From assembly GCA_036172245.1 (NCBI GenBank), contig JAYWIR010000007.1:5084001-5148000 (forward strand): 64,000 nucleotides of DNA. The letters are read 5' to 3'. The notes beneath the pieces were generated by a model. The model was not told the DNA's origin and made no database searches. It saw only the letters and a program-made list of their open reading frames with translations. Position 1 is the first letter of the stretch. Each line of letters opens with the position of its first letter. This document shows positions 60,901 through 64,000 of this stretch, one piece after another. A program made the position numbers and the translations under genes. This DNA comes from Raillietiella orientalis (lineage: Eukaryota).

Positions 60901-63900
60901 TTCCAAGGAGATGCTCCTTGCTCCCGCGTAGCCGCTTGCTATGTGTGTTCCTGGGTTGCGGACAGAGATGCTGCGGCCGACCTGCCTTGCGAAGAGATTT
61001 CGTTAGGCGGCCCATGGACCTCTTCTTGTTCTGGAGATTCCAGGACTCTTGCTCGTTTCCCTTTCGATTTCCTCTTCTTTGCTTCCCACCGGGAGAAAAC
61101 GTTTTGTCTGCTTCCCTACCTTACCTCGTTCCCAATATCGGATCGCATTCGATGGCATCAAAGATTCTGTGCTGACCATGAGATTCTTCGCTCATCCTTC
61201 CGCTTTGATTCGCCCTTGTTCCTGAGAAATCCGGATTGGAATCCTCAAAGAGGGGCAGGGGATTGTCGTGTGTTCCGAAGGACATCGCTCCACGACGAAC
61301 GGAAGCGGTTGCAGTACTGTCCAAAAAAACCTGAAATGATTGCTGGAGACGAAGAGCTCTGAAAGGAAGGATCCCTTGCTATCTGGAAACGAGGAGCGGT
61401 TCTCAAGAGAGCCAGGCTCCCCTGAAATTCCATGAATTGAGGAAAACCGTGAGTGATCCCCGATGAAGTATGTAAGGTGCGCTTCTCTTGAGAGGGAGCA
61501 TCCTCTGCAGAAACATTCGGATGCTAAAGTCACTGGTGGCTCTCGGATCCGCAACTCCAGAACCCAGAGGTCGTAAGTCCCTTTCTGACAGTCTCTTCGT
61601 CTGGGACGCTTTTCTTTCGGACAAGAAAATGCTATTTGCCTGTTTTATTCCGTCCTTCCGGCTGTGTGGAGCCAAATGTCACACAGGGCTCAGGAACCAG
61701 AAAGCAGAGACGACCCTCCATTACCTGCAAAGGAACCGTCCTGAGTCTTTCATTTCCCTAGAAAACAACCCTCGATATCTGGAATGTTCCCTCCAATTCC
61801 TCCTCTTCTCCTTTGGCAACAGTGAGAAGAGAGACTGAGTCGTTCCTCGCAATCTCAAAAAGATGCTGCTCCCTCGTTCCAGTGTTGATCGTATGGCCGA
61901 AAGACACAATCCCGAAAATAGAATTCGCCATGTACGGAAGAACTTTTATCTAATGAGTGTTGGAAATTGTGCGAAAATGAGACATATGACACAGAGAATT
62001 GTCAAAAATCAAGCTGGTAAGTTGAAGTTGTGGGAGAAGAATGGAAAAGAAAAAAGAAAAGCACAAAAAAATCAAAAGTCGGCCAGCTCTAATGGACGAC
62101 CTCCTTGCAATTGTCCGTAGTCTGTCCCTTTAATTACACTTCTTCACATGTCGAATTTTCTTATTTGTTCTCTTTTTCACTTTTTTTCCTTCCACATCTT
62201 TAACTTGTCAGAATTATTTTTTACAGTTCGCTATGCTGTAAGACTCGTCTTGCCATTTCCGGCACTCAATTGATGAAACTTCCTCCGTACATGACGAATT
62301 CTATTTTCGGGATTTCGATCTTTCGAAATTATGAATCGACTCCTATCCTTATCCTCCCTCACGCCGATCAGAAATTTAGAGACTGGGTGGAAAGCAGAGG
62401 ATTGGAACAGAATCTTCGTGTAGATTCCTCGGAGCGCTCCGATGCTGTTTGGCTTTTCGGATTTTGATCCAGGAAGAGCTCCTAATCAAGACTTATGGAG
62501 TCGCGTCCCGCCGCCTCCCACCAGCCGCCCTTCCTTCATTCCGCTCGCTAACCAGAGGCTGTTCCGAAGTCTCGGTTCCTCGGAGACTTCAGCCGGGACG
62601 AGAAATCCGGTCCAGAGCTTCGATCGTCATCGCCCACGGGACATAACATTTGCGAGTCGGCGAATCGCCACCACTCCTGAGCTTCCAGAACGCAACGCGC
62701 ACCCCCACTGCTACGCAGGTAGCAGTACTTCCTGCGTTCATTAACCTCTCACACCTTTTCCAGTGCACTTTCGGGGAAGTTGAGGTGCGACGGGCAAGAG
62801 CGTGTCTGACCTATTTGCGCGAACAAAAGAGCAAGCCGTCGCCCAGTTTCTGCACGGACTTATTCACAGTGAACAGAAATCCCGCGAAAAAGCTCACTCC
62901 GGGTCACGGAAACATGGAGGTATGCCGTCGACTGGACAGGGAGGCTGAATGTTGGCGGCAGTCAAATTCCAATTCGCAGAGGAGGGGCTCATGCCACTGC
63001 AAGAGGCGCCGTACCTGGACTCATGAAGGTGCTCAGCAAGACCGTGTAAAGTCCATGATTGAGGCGGGATTCCTCCTCCTTCTGCCTTTCACCTCCCTCC
63101 CCTCCTTATTTCCTCATTCCCTCTCTTACACTCGTTCCTTAAAGGATGAGATCAGAGATGGCCCCAGCGAAATCCTACAAGCAACCCGTCCAGAAGCAGG
63201 TTCCCATTCTCGAGTCGCTCCCGTCCCCGATGGTGTGCAAAAAGGGAGGAGGCATGGCTTGAGCATGAAGCCGCGTCAGTTGCACCTTGCAGCTCCACCT
63301 TCCTTGGAAGGCGCGGTTTCTTCCTTAGAGATAATGAACCTGGTTCCGATCTTCCCTCCAGATCTCTACCCTGGCCATCCTAGCCTGAAATAGCTCTGAG
63401 GCTAGAGGAACACTTCCCCCGTTTGCGCTGCCGTTCGCTCTTTAGTGAGTGTCTTGGAGCACAGTGAGCCAAGGCGCTTCTCTCCGGTTCTCTGCTAGCA
63501 CTTTTTTTTTTTTTGACGCAGAACGGCTCTAGTGGAAGTAGATTTGAGCTCGCGAGGAGAGCACTCCAAAGGCAGACGTCCTTTTTCTCTCTAGCTGAGA
63601 TCGCTGCTTGGGCGCTAGAAGCTGGACCCCGGAGGTCTCCCACGAGTGCCTCAGGAAGCTCTCGGGTCCCAAGAGTTTGTCCTCGAGGAACGCGTTCTGA
63701 CATGCTAGCTCCAGGTACCCAGAAAGATGCCGAAGCTCCGAACCGTTCCGTAGCATTTGTAAAGTCCTCAAGGTTCCCTTCCTCCATTGCCACAGGGCTT
63801 CGTCGAATTCCAAGAGCCATCTTCCACTCGTGGTCCACTGTAGGGGCAAGCGAGGGTTTGGAAGAGGATGTAATTCGCCTAGATGCATCCAGCTGAGGAA

Positions 63901-64000
63901 AAGGAGAGGAAACAGAGGCGTTTCCGTGCGTCATGCTGGTTGGTGATCGAATAGGGCTATGACTGCGAAGAGCGACCCTTCTTCAGAGTAGGAAAGACCG

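Noticed and set aside
1..64000. CRISPR arrays, rRNA, tRNA
   Set aside because: No regularly spaced direct repeats or recognisable structural RNA genes; the sequence is eukaryotic.

Overview
Eukaryotic DNA from an invertebrate, probably an arthropod (inferred from gene content and short introns). Two intron-containing host genes are well supported, both on the minus strand: a PRA1/RABAC1 prenylated Rab acceptor (4968-5624; one GC-AG intron and one 47-nt intron) and a PR/SET-domain gene with five C2H2 zinc fingers (PRDM family, about 37488-49724). Most GC-rich blocks, and most long ORFs in the ORF track, are not genes. They are heavily decayed fragments of one L1/Tx1-like non-LTR retrotransposon family, recognised by eroded RT motifs, the C-terminal CxxC..HLxxC finger, a shared C-terminal tail, a T-rich 3'UTR and a terminal AATAAA + 5-nt-loop hairpin. 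Many copies sit head-to-head as roughly symmetric palindromes with their 3' ends outward, and they alternate in orientation across about 9-18 kb. There is also a near-identical 1.25-kb inverted duplication (937-2184 / 15340-16588) that looks like the breakpoints of a ~13-kb inversion, an inverted partial copy of PRA1, and a frameshifted double zinc-knuckle ORF. No rRNA, tRNA or CRISPR was seen. All repeat alignments were done by eye, and repeat boundaries are approximate (about +/-50-100 bp).
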